DNA of 13,672 bases, taken from the NCBI GenBank assembly GCA_905213875.1, contig CAJMJN010000030.1, positions 1 to 13,672 on the forward strand. The letters are read 5' to 3'. Under the pieces are notes generated by a model, which saw nothing but the letters and a program-made list of their open reading frames with translations, was not told where the DNA came from and did not search any database. The position numbers and the translations under genes were made by a program. Source of the DNA: an uncultured Clostridium sp. (GTDB lineage: Bacteria > Bacillota > Clostridia > TANB77 > CAG-508). Positions within the stretch are counted from its first letter, which is position 1. Each line of letters opens with the position of its first letter. Positions 6,776 through 13,672 of the stretch are shown piece by piece.

Positions 6776-7654
6776 TTGGAAAGCCAAACTAATATTACAC
6801 AAACTATTATAAATACTATAAATAGTATTTTCGAGATGCTTTTTTCTTCTATTGATAATAATTTATATTCTGTTTTAGATAAAATTACTTTTATAAATTC
6901 AGATATTTTAACTGATAAAAATTTTGAAAATATTTTTGGTACTTCTACTTCTAATGGTATTTTATTAATCGCAAATTCTTTGTTATTAGGTCTTATTTTA
7001 TATTATGGTTTCAAATATTTAATGTCACATATCACTTACCAGCGTGTTGATTCCCCTTTTAGCTTTATTATAAAAATTATTATTTTTGGTATTTGTATGA
7101 ATTTTTCGTTTTTTATTTTACAATTTTTATTAGATTTAAATTCAAATATTTCTTTGGCAATTAGAAGTTTAGGAAAAAATCTATTTGGAAGTGAATTAAG
7201 TTTTTCAGAATTAATCAATAAAATAAATACTAATATTTCTATTGATACTAGTTCCTTAAATATTTTTTCTGTTGATGGTTTAATAAAAAGTACATTAAGT
7301 CTTTCTTTACTTAACCTTGTTTTTTCATATTCTTTTCGTTATATTATGGTTAAAGTTTTTATTTTGCTTGCTCCTTTTGCCTTTCTTTCCCTAAGTTTAG
7401 ACTCAACCTCTTGGTTCTTTAAATCATGGCTTAAAAATTTATTTTCGCTTTTATTTATTCAAATTATAGTTTCTTTAGTTTTACTAATTTTATTTTCTTT
7501 GGATTTTTCATCTTCAAATTTATTTAATAAATTTGTTTATGTTGGTGGAATTTATAGTTTGATAAAAGCTAATTCATTTGTACGTGAATTTATCGGTGGA
7601 GTTTCCACAAATATTTCACAATCTGTGAAAAGTTTTGCTAATTTTAAAAAATAA
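6776..7654 (+). CDS. Polytopic membrane protein, VirB6/TrbL-like
   Basis: TTG start 5 nt after AAGGAGG (6764-6770), which overlaps the upstream stop, suggesting translational coupling. 292 aa with about 5-6 hydrophobic helices (GILLIANSLLLGLILYYGF, FSFIIKIIIFGICMNFSFFILQFLL, LSLSLLNLVFSYSFRYIMVKVFILLAPFAFLSL, LFSLLFIQIIVSLVLLILFSL). Its position after a VirB2-like gene matches Firmicutes ICE operons. Confidence 0.45.
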   Translation: MESQTNITQTIINTINSIFEMLFSSIDNNLYSVLDKITFINSDILTDKNFENIFGTSTSNGILLIANSLLLGLILYYGFKYLMSHITYQRVDSPFSFIIKIIIFGICMNFSFFILQFLLDLNSNISLAIRSLGKNLFGSELSFSELINKINTNISIDTSSLNIFSVDGLIKSTLSLSLLNLVFSYSFRYIMVKVFILLAPFAFLSLSLDSTSWFFKSWLKNLFSLLFIQIIVSLVLLILFSLDFSSSNLFNKFVYVGGIYSLIKANSFVREFIGGVSTNISQSVKSFANFKK

Positions 7655-7816
7655 TTTTATTTAAAATTTATTTTTAATTATTTATTATAATTTATTTAAG
7701 CTTATATTTTACCGCATTTTCTATTTTTAGTGTGTTTTCCTCTTTTTTTCTATTTTTTTTGAATTTATACTATTTTTTTCTAATTTTTTCATTTTTTTAT
7801 AATATTTTTAAGGAGG

Positions 7817-7926
7817 TATATTATTTAAATTTTTATATTATTAATTATTAATTATTATTTATTTTTTATTTTTTATTTTTTATTTTTTATTTATTTTTTA
7901 ATTATTAATTTAAATATTTAAATATT
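7817..7926. repeat. 110-nt tract with no G or C, containing a 7-bp periodic repeat (7841-7896; four perfect TTTTTTA units 7862-7889) flanked by ATTTAAAT palindromes
   Basis: Direct reading gives TTAATTA x2, TTATTTA, TTTTTTA x4, TTTATTT. ATTTAAAT occurs at 7823-7830 and as ATTTAAATATTTAAAT at 7908-7923. The tract is preceded by an orphan SD TAAGGAGG (7809-7816). Confidence 0.85.
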
Positions 7927-7934
7927 GGTTTATT

Positions 7935-8216
7935 ATGAAATTTATTTTTCCACAGAACTATAGATTCAAAAATAAAATACTAGGTATTATTGATTATCAA
8001 ACAGCTTTTGTAAATTTAGTTTGGTATATTATCGTTTTAGTTATTGTTAACTTGATTTTTAATTCTATTAATTTAAAGGTTATGTTTTTTATAGCTTTTT
8101 GTTTTCCATTATTGCTTTTTAGTTTTTCTGGCTTTCATGGCGAAAGTATTATTTCTGTAATTAAATATTTATTTAAATTTATATTTAAACAAAAATTATA
8201 TTTTTTTAGTAAATAA
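7935..8216 (+). CDS. PrgI/VirB3-like small membrane protein
   Basis: 93 aa. The N-terminal FPQNYRFKNKILGIIDYQTAF, then a two-helix hairpin, then GFHGESIISVIKYLFKFIFKQKLYFF, parallels the PrgI-family layout (short polar N-terminus, TM hairpin, C-terminal amphipathic tail). No convincing SD precedes the ATG. Confidence 0.45.
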   Translation: MKFIFPQNYRFKNKILGIIDYQTAFVNLVWYIIVLVIVNLIFNSINLKVMFFIAFCFPLLLFSFSGFHGESIISVIKYLFKFIFKQKLYFFSK

Positions 8217-8262
8217 CACTAAAATTTTATTTTATTTTTCAATATTATTTTAAATAAAAATT

Positions 8263-8295
8263 ATATGAAATTTATACGAAATTTATATGATTTGA
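8263..8295 (+). repeat. Three tandem 11-bp repeats directly upstream of the dnaB/dnaI promoter
   Basis: ATATGAAATTT (8263-8273), ATACGAAATTT (8274-8284), ATATGATTTGA (8285-8295). The period is one helical turn and the array ends 2 nt before the -35 element. Confidence 0.6.
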
Positions 8296-8297
8296 CC

Positions 8298-8326
8298 TTG
8301 AATTTTTTGTCTAAAAAAGATATAAT
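8298..8326 (+). promoter_or_regulatory. Sigma-A-type promoter of the replication-gene pair
   Basis: TTGAAT (8298-8303), 17-nt spacer, TATAAT (8321-8326). SD AGGAGAG at 8351-8357, ATG at 8365. Confidence 0.55.
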
Positions 8327-8364
8327 TTGTTTTACAAAATATTTTTAATTAGGAGAGATTTACA

Positions 8365-9342
8365 ATGAAATTAGAACAAAATGAAAAACCACTTTTGTTT
8401 TCTGAGACTACTATTCCAGATATATTTTTTTCAGAACATTTATCAGAATTACCTGGTGATTATCTTAAAATATATTTATATTTAATCTTTTTGTCTAAAT
8501 ATAATAAAGATGCAAAATTAACAGACTTGTCAAAGAAATTGAACATTCCTTTAAAGTCTATTAATGATGGAATAAAATTTTTAGAAGAACATGGTTTACT
8601 TACTAAAAAATCTACCGGTTATGTTATTGTAGATTTACAAGAAGTTACATTACACAATTTATACTCACCTAATTTAAGTTTGTCTAAAGAAAAAATTGAA
8701 CAAACTGCCAAAAATAAAGCTAGATCTAAAGTTATTGAACATATTAATAATACTTATTTTCAAGGAATTATGGGTCCTTCTTGGTATAATGATATTGACC
8801 TTTGGTTTAGAAAATATTCTTTTGATGAACAAGTTATGATAGCTTTATTTGATTATTGTTATAAGAAAAGTGCTTTACATAGAAATTATGTACAAGTTGT
8901 TGCTGAGGCTTGGGCCTCTAACAAAATACAAACTTATACTGACTTAGATAATTATTATGCTAAACAAGAATCATTAAATAAAATGAAAAAGTCTATTGCT
9001 AAAAAGCTTGGTAAATACAATGGATTAACACAATATGAAGAAGCTTATATTGAGAACTGGGTTCTTAATTATGGCTATGATATGAGTATTATTGAAATTG
9101 CTTTAAAAAGAACTGTTTTTAAACAAAATCCAACTTTTGAATATATAAATAAAATAATTACAGATTGGCATGAACGTCAACTAAAAACTCCTGCTGAAAT
9201 CACAGCATTTTTAGAACAAAGAAAAAAACAAGAAAAAGATACAAAAGAGTTAAAATCACAAGTGCATAAAGCAAATTACGAGCAACGTCAATATTCTAAT
9301 TTAGATTTTCTTTATGCAAATAATACTAATAAGGAGGACTAG
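8365..9342 (+). CDS. Replication initiation/membrane attachment protein of the Firmicutes DnaB/DnaD family (winged-helix N-domain plus two DnaD-like C-terminal repeats); not the replicative helicase
   Basis: N-terminal wHTH-like segment LPGDYLKIYLYLIFLS...LSKKLNIPLKSINDGIKFLEEHGLL. Two DnaB_2/DnaD-C-like repeats: WFRKYSFDEQVMIALFDYCYKK...YVQVVAEAWASNKIQT and IENWVLNYGYDMSIIEIALKRTV...YINKIITDWHERQLKT. The stop TAG abuts the ATG of the next gene. Confidence 0.75.
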   Translation: MKLEQNEKPLLFSETTIPDIFFSEHLSELPGDYLKIYLYLIFLSKYNKDAKLTDLSKKLNIPLKSINDGIKFLEEHGLLTKKSTGYVIVDLQEVTLHNLYSPNLSLSKEKIEQTAKNKARSKVIEHINNTYFQGIMGPSWYNDIDLWFRKYSFDEQVMIALFDYCYKKSALHRNYVQVVAEAWASNKIQTYTDLDNYYAKQESLNKMKKSIAKKLGKYNGLTQYEEAYIENWVLNYGYDMSIIEIALKRTVFKQNPTFEYINKIITDWHERQLKTPAEITAFLEQRKKQEKDTKELKSQVHKANYEQRQYSNLDFLYANNTNKED

Positions 9343-10351
9343 ATGGCTGACGAAATTTTAAATTCTTTATTAAAAGAATATTCACAAAAAAAATTGCAAG
9401 CTGAACTAGATTTAGAAAAAAGAAAAGAAGAATTATATAATTCAATTCCTCGATTACGACAAATTGAAGATGATTTAAATAATTTTGCTATTTCTACTGC
9501 AAAAAATATATTAAAAAATGGTAGTTCTCCTGAAGAAGAACAAGAATTAAAAAATAAAGTAGAATTATTAAAAGCTGAAAAGGCACGAATATTAGCAGAA
9601 TTAAATCTACCTGATAATTATTTACAACCATTTTATAGTTGCTCTATTTGTAAAGATACTGGATATGTTTCAGATGGCGGTTATAATATGGTTATGTGTA
9701 GTTGTTTAAAACAAAAATTATTAGATTATTCTTTTAATAAATCTAATATGTCTAATTTAAACAAAGAAAATTTTTCTACTTTTAATCCTAATATGTTTTC
9801 AGATGAAGTTGATATTGCAAAATTTCATTTTAATATATCTCCTAGAACTAACATATTAAATATAAAAAATAAATGTGTTCAATTTGTAGAAAATTTTGAA
9901 GATTCAGCTCAAAAGAATTTGCTTTTTACAGGCAATACTGGTTTACGGTAAGACTTTTATGTCAAACTGTATTGCTAATGAATTGTTAAAAAAAGGAAAA
10001 ACTGTGCTTTATCAAACATCTCCTGTGTTGCTTGAAAGCGTAATAGATTACAAGATGAGTAAAAATAAATCTTCGCTTGATAACATATATAATTCTGTTT
10101 TAAATTGTGACTTATTAATAATAGATGACCTTGGAACAGAAAGTTTAAATAGTATGAAGTTGAGCGAACTATTTACAATTTTAAATACTAGAATTTTAAA
10201 TTTAAATAATAAAATTACTAAAACAATTATATCTACTAATTTGGATCTTAATGATATTTTTAGAATTTATGAAGAACGTATTGGTTCTAGAATTATTGGT
10301 TATTATGATATATATAGATTTTTTGGAGAAGATTTACGTTTTAAAAGATGA
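9343..10351 (+). pseudogene. DnaI/DnaC-type AAA+ helicase loader, interrupted by a 1-nt insertion inside the Walker A motif (ORFs 9343-9951 and 9896-10351)
   Basis: N-terminal zinc-ribbon-like CSICKDTGYV...MCSC. Sequence GGC AAT ACT GGT TTA CGG TAA (9931-9951). Deleting C9946 gives GNTGLGKTFMSNCIANELL (Walker A GxxGxGKT), continuing into LLIIDDLG (Walker B) and the rest of a loader-like C-terminus. The restored ORF is 335 aa. Confidence 0.8.
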
Positions 10352-10502
10352 TTTTGGGGACGGAGCAAAAAATCATCTTTTAAAATTTTTAATTATATAC
10401 AATAGAAAAAAGCTTTTAATTATAAATAAAAAGCTTTTTTCTATTTTTTTATATAATATGCAAGTTGTTAAATATGATTTTTTGCTCCGTCCCCAAAATC
10501 AT
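10348..10502. repeat. 155-bp unit bounded by perfect 29-bp inverted repeats (MITE-like element or giant 3'-UTR hairpin) filling the dnaI/gyrA convergent spacer
   Basis: ATGATTTTGGGGACGGAGCAAAAAATCAT (10348-10376) is the exact reverse complement of 10474-10502. The left arm contains the TGA stop of the loader gene (10349-10351). The right arm ends 4 nt before the gyrA stop (10507-10509). Confidence 0.85.
10403..10450. terminator. Intrinsic terminator nested in the centre of the 29-bp inverted-repeat unit
   Basis: TAGAAAAAAGCTTTT (10403-10417) and AAAAGCTTTTTTCTA (10429-10443) form a perfect 15-bp stem with an 11-nt loop, followed by T7 (10444-10450). The U-rich stem end also gives some activity in the gyrA direction. 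Confidence 0.7.
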
Positions 10503-10506
10503 AATT

Positions 10507-12954
10507 TTATTCTTTTATATCTGGTGTTAAAGTTTCCATACTTACAACTTTTCCGCCATCACTTGTTCTCATTAATGTAACACCTTGTGTTGATCTTCCT
10601 AAAATGCTAACATCTTTTACACTAATTCTTATTATTGTTCCTGAATCTGTAATAAGCATAACGTCATCATCTTCTGTTGCAATTCTTACTCCTACTAGTT
10701 TTCCAGTTTTAGGTGTAATTTTATAAGTTATTACTCCTCTTCCACCTCTTTTTTGTACTCTATATTCGTCAAGTTCAGTTCTCTTTCCAAATCCATTTTC
10801 AGTAATTGCAAGTAGTGTTGCTTTTCCTCCTGCTATAACTGATTCCATACCAATTACTTCGTCATCATCATCTAATCTTATTCCTATAACACCTTGTGCA
10901 ACTCTACCAATTGGGCGTACATCTTTTTCATCAAATGTAATACATAAACCATTTCTTGTAACTAATACAACGTTGTCTTCACCATCTGTTAAACGTACTC
11001 CAATTAATTCGTCTTCATCTTTTAAAGTAATACCTTGTAATCCGTTTTTTCTAGTTGTGTTATATTCTGTTAATGCTGTTTTCTTAATTAATCCATTTTT
11101 TGTTGCCATTAATAGATATTTTCCTTCAGCAAAGTTTTGAATTGGTATTACTGCAGATACTTTTTCTCCAGCTTCTAAGTTCAATAAGTTAACAATTGCT
11201 GTTCCTTTTGCTGTTCTACCAGCTTCTGGAATTTCGTATCCTCTTAATCTATACAATTTACCTTTGTTTGTAAAGAATAAAATTGTATCATGTGTTGATG
11301 CTGTAAATATTTGTTTAACAAAATCATTTTCGCGTGTTGCAATTCCTGTTATTCCTTTTCCACCACGTCTTTGGCTTCTATATGTATCTATTGGCATTCT
11401 TTTAATATATCCAAAGTGTGTTAATGCTACAACACATTGTTCTTCTTTTATTAAATCTTCTACATCTATTTCGCCTTCTGCAGCTACTATTTTAGTTTTT
11501 CTTTCATCTCCGAATTTGTCTTTTATTTCAAGTAATTCTTCTTTGATTATATCAAAAACTAATTTTTCACTTGCTAATATTGCTCTTAAATGTTCGATTA
11601 ATTCCATTAATTGTTTGTATTCTTCTTCAATTTTTTCACGTTGCAATCCTGACAATGTTTTTAATCTCATATCTAGTATTGCTTGTGCTTGAATTTCAGA
11701 AAGTCCAAATCTTTCCATTAATCTTTCTCTTGCATCGTCATATGAAGAACGAATTATTTGAATAACTTCGTCTATATAGTCAATAGCAATTCTTAAACCT
11801 TCTAATATGTGAGCTCTTGCTAATGCTTTGTCTAATTCGAATTTTGTTCTTCTTAAAATAACGTCTTTTCTGTGATCTATAAAGCAATTTAAACATTCTC
11901 TTAATGTTAAGATTTTAGGTTCTCCATTAACTAATGCAAGCATTATAATACCAAATGTTGTTTGCATTTGTGTGTGTTTAAACAATTGGTTTAATACAAC
12001 TTGTGGTCTTGCATCTCTTTTTAATTCAATTACAACCCTTACTCTGTCTTTTCTATCTGATTCATCTCTACATTCAGAAATTCCTTCGATTTTCTTTTCT
12101 TTAGATAAATCTGATATTGCTTTTATTAAGTTTGCTTTATTTACTTGATATGGTAATGAAGAAACAATAATTCTTTGTCTATTTCCACTCATTTCTTCTA
12201 TTTCTGTTTCTGCTCTTAGTGTAATTTTTCCTCTACCTGTTGTGTATGCTTGCTTTATTCCTTCTCTTCCTAGAATAAGTCCTTCTGTTGGGAAATCTGG
12301 TCCTTTAATTACACTCATTAGATCTTCGTCTGTTACTTCATCTTCATCAATTATTTTAATTATTCCATCAATTACTTCATTTAAGTTGTGTGGTGGTATA
12401 TTTGTTGCCATACCTACAGCTATACCTGATGAACCATTTATTAAAAGTGTTGGTATTCTTGTTGGTAATACTGTTGGTTCTTGTAGTCTATCATCATAGT
12501 TTGGCATAAAGTTTACTGTGTTTTTTTCTATGTCTGATAACATATATGCAGATATTTTTGCCATTCTTGCTTCTGTGTACCTCATTGCGGCTGCTCCGTC
12601 ACCATCAACTGAACCAAAGTTGCCATGGCCATCAATTAACATATATCTCATTGAGAAATCTTGAGCCATTCTAACCATTGCATCATAAACAGAGCTATCA
12701 CCATGTGGATGATATCTACCTAAAACAGAACCTACTGTATTAGCACATTTTCTGTATGGTTTATCTGCTGTAATTCCATCTTCATGCATTGCATATAATA
12801 TTCTTCTATGTACTGGTTTTAAACCATCTCTTGCATCTGGAAGCGCACGTGAGACAATAACACTCATGGCATAATCTATGTATGCTGTTCTCATTTCTTT
12901 TTCAATGTCTCTTTCGATTATTTTTCCGTCATTTCTTTCTGGTCTTTCTTCCAT
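10507..12954 (-). CDS. gyrA: DNA gyrase subunit A
   Basis: 815 aa. N-terminal [33 protein letters not shown], active-site [11 protein letters not shown], GyrA-box QRRGGKG in the C-terminal beta-pinwheel (absent from ParC). QRDR reads [12 protein letters not shown]; the residues aligning with E. coli S83 and D87 are Ser (12694-12696) and Asp (12682-12684), the susceptible-type pattern. Confidence 0.97.
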   Translation of the reverse strand: MEERPERNDGKIIERDIEKEMRTAYIDYAMSVIVSRALPDARDGLKPVHRRILYAMHEDGITADKPYRKCANTVGSVLGRYHPHGDSSVYDAMVRMAQDFSMRYMLIDGHGNFGSVDGDGAAAMRYTEARMAKISAYMLSDIEKNTVNFMPNYDDRLQEPTVLPTRIPTLLINGSSGIAVGMATNIPPHNLNEVIDGIIKIIDEDEVTDEDLMSVIKGPDFPTEGLILGREGIKQAYTTGRGKITLRAETEIEEMSGNRQRIIVSSLPYQVNKANLIKAISDLSKEKKIEGISECRDESDRKDRVRVVIELKRDARPQVVLNQLFKHTQMQTTFGIIMLALVNGEPKILTLRECLNCFIDHRKDVILRRTKFELDKALARAHILEGLRIAIDYIDEVIQIIRSSYDDARERLMERFGLSEIQAQAILDMRLKTLSGLQREKIEEEYKQLMELIEHLRAILASEKLVFDIIKEELLEIKDKFGDERKTKIVAAEGEIDVEDLIKEEQCVVALTHFGYIKRMPIDTYRSQRRGGKGITGIATRENDFVKQIFTASTHDTILFFTNKGKLYRLRGYEIPEAGRTAKGTAIVNLLNLEAGEKVSAVIPIQNFAEGKYLLMATKNGLIKKTALTEYNTTRKNGLQGITLKDEDELIGVRLTDGEDNVVLVTRNGLCITFDEKDVRPIGRVAQGVIGIRLDDDDEVIGMESVIAGGKATLLAITENGFGKRTELDEYRVQKRGGRGVITYKITPKTGKLVGVRIATEDDDVMLITDSGTIIRISVKDVSILGRSTQGVTLMRTSDGGKVVSMETLTPDIKE

Positions 12955-12990
12955 TGTTTCTCCCTCTTTTCCTTGTTTTTCTACATTTGT

Positions 12991-13019
12991 ATTATACTAA
13001 AACTAGGGAAAATATGCAA
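12991..13019 (-). promoter_or_regulatory. Sigma-A-type promoter dedicated to gyrA
   Basis: On the minus strand: TTGCAT (13019-13014), 17-nt spacer, TATAAT (12996-12991). An SD GAGGGAG lies upstream of the ATG at 12954. Confidence 0.55.
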
Positions 13020-13073
13020 GTAAAATTGGCTAAAAACTTAGGGATTTTGTACTATTATTCAATTATTTTATTT

Positions 13074-13376
13074 CTATTTTTTAAGGCATTCTATCATTAG
13101 ATTTATTCCATCTATAAAACCTAATTTATACATTTCTTCGTTATATCTCGTTATTTTTATATTATAATTGTCTTCAATAATATTAAATATCTCTCTTAAT
13201 TCCCTAGGATTTTTTGATTCTTCTATTGCTCTTTCCATATTTATACTTTTTAATTCTTCTCTTGTTTCTTTGTTTATTTTTTGTATTAATTTGTCTATTT
13301 CTTCTGATTTGCTTTCATATATTTTTTTTAATATTTCTTTTTTATTCATTGTTTCCATTACCTCCATTTTTATCAA
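13074..13376 (-). CDS. Small helical hypothetical protein (start uncertain: TTG 13376 or ATG 13349)
   Basis: 100-aa ORF rich in K/E. GGAGG lies within codons 4-6 of the long form, which favours the ATG at 13349 (MNKKEILKK...). The C-terminal MYKLGFIDGINLMIECL is reminiscent of small clostridial or phage-associated proteins of unknown function. No family assigned. Confidence 0.5.
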   Translation of the reverse strand: MIKMEVMETMNKKEILKKIYESKSEEIDKLIQKINKETREELKSINMERAIEESKNPRELREIFNIIEDNYNIKITRYNEEMYKLGFIDGINLMIECLKK

Positions 13377-13426
13377 TCCTTTCTTTATATTTTATCATAT
13401 TTTTATTTTGTATTTATTTTCGTTTT

Positions 13427-13672
13427 TTATACATAAAATTCCAATAATTTTATATCTCCTTTGCTAGTTATTTTACCATATATATTAATATACCTTTCTT
13501 TTTCTAATTTTTGATAACAATATTCTGCATTTTTGTCATATGCTTTTATTTTTATTATACTTTTATTATCTAACTCTATTTTAAATTCTGCTATTGAATA
13601 AAATTTATTTTTTATTGCAAATTTAAATTCTATTTCTGTTATTATTTTTCCTGATATAAAACAATTATTCAT
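13427..13672 (-). CDS. Small OB-fold-like (SSB-like) hypothetical protein; ORF touches the window edge
   Basis: MNNCFISGKIITEIEFKF...YSIAEFKIEL...IIKIKAYDKNAEYCYQKL...INIYGKITSKGDI has the alternating beta-strand pattern of short SSB/OB-fold proteins. There is no acidic C-terminal tail. The ATG coincides with the last bases of the window, so the true start may lie outside it. Confidence 0.35.
   Translation of the reverse strand: MNNCFISGKIITEIEFKFAIKNKFYSIAEFKIELDNKSIIKIKAYDKNAEYCYQKLEKERYINIYGKITSKGDIKLLEFYV

Noticed and set aside
7036-7218. Minus-strand 60-aa ORF inside the VirB6-like gene
   Set aside because: It is nested and antisense, with no SD and no motif.
7841-7896. Heptamer repeat array as a CRISPR array or minisatellite-encoded peptide
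   Set aside because: The units are 7 bp with no spacers and pure A/T, so this is not CRISPR architecture. All frames contain stops.
10251-10580. Plus-strand 109-aa ORF bridging the loader 3' end, the inverted-repeat unit and the gyrA 3' end
   Set aside because: It runs through a terminator and a 29-bp palindrome and is antisense to gyrA. It is an artefact of the ORF scan.
11264-12499. Plus-strand ORFs 11264-11692, 11571-11765 and 12242-12499 inside gyrA
   Set aside because: They are antisense to an unambiguous gyrA, and the peptides are low-complexity.
12682-12696. Possible fluoroquinolone-resistance substitutions in the gyrA QRDR
   Set aside because: The residues aligning with E. coli S83 and D87 are Ser and Asp ([12 protein letters not shown]), the susceptible-type pattern, so no resistance signal is evident.
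12882-13467. Plus-strand ORFs 12882-13100, 13168-13467 and 13214-13447
   Set aside because: They overlap the gyrA start/promoter or are antisense to the small minus-strand gene. Their translations are F/L/I-rich strings typical of the reverse complement of K/E/N-rich coding sequence.

Overview
Very AT-rich, Firmicutes/Clostridia-like chromosomal segment. Housekeeping genes: a VanW/G5 envelope protein, a signal-less CBM-like protein, an SDR, a tRNA-Lys/Glu/Thr operon, a DUF1858 redox protein, a B. subtilis-type DnaB/DnaD replication protein, a DnaI/DnaC-type helicase loader, and gyrA with its own promoter. They surround a four-gene type IV secretion-like block at about 4.5-8.2 kb: VirD4/TraG-type coupling ATPase, VirB2/TrbC-like, VirB6/TrbL-like and PrgI/VirB3-like proteins. 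That block ends exactly where a VirB4 ATPase would be expected, and the window has no relaxase or integrase. Other points of interest: (1) the coupling-protein ORF runs 66 codons upstream of its first ATG/GTG/TTG to a strong SD followed by ATT. (2) An orphan SD precedes a 110-nt pure A/T tract with heptamer repeats inside the T4SS block. (3) A single extra C inside the Walker A motif splits the helicase loader at UUA-CGG-UAA. (4) A perfect 29-bp inverted repeat encloses a terminator and fills the whole dnaI/gyrA convergent spacer. (5) gyrA has no adjacent gyrB. No CRISPR array, rRNA, transposase or integrase was recognised. All protein family calls rest on motif recognition by eye, not on searches.
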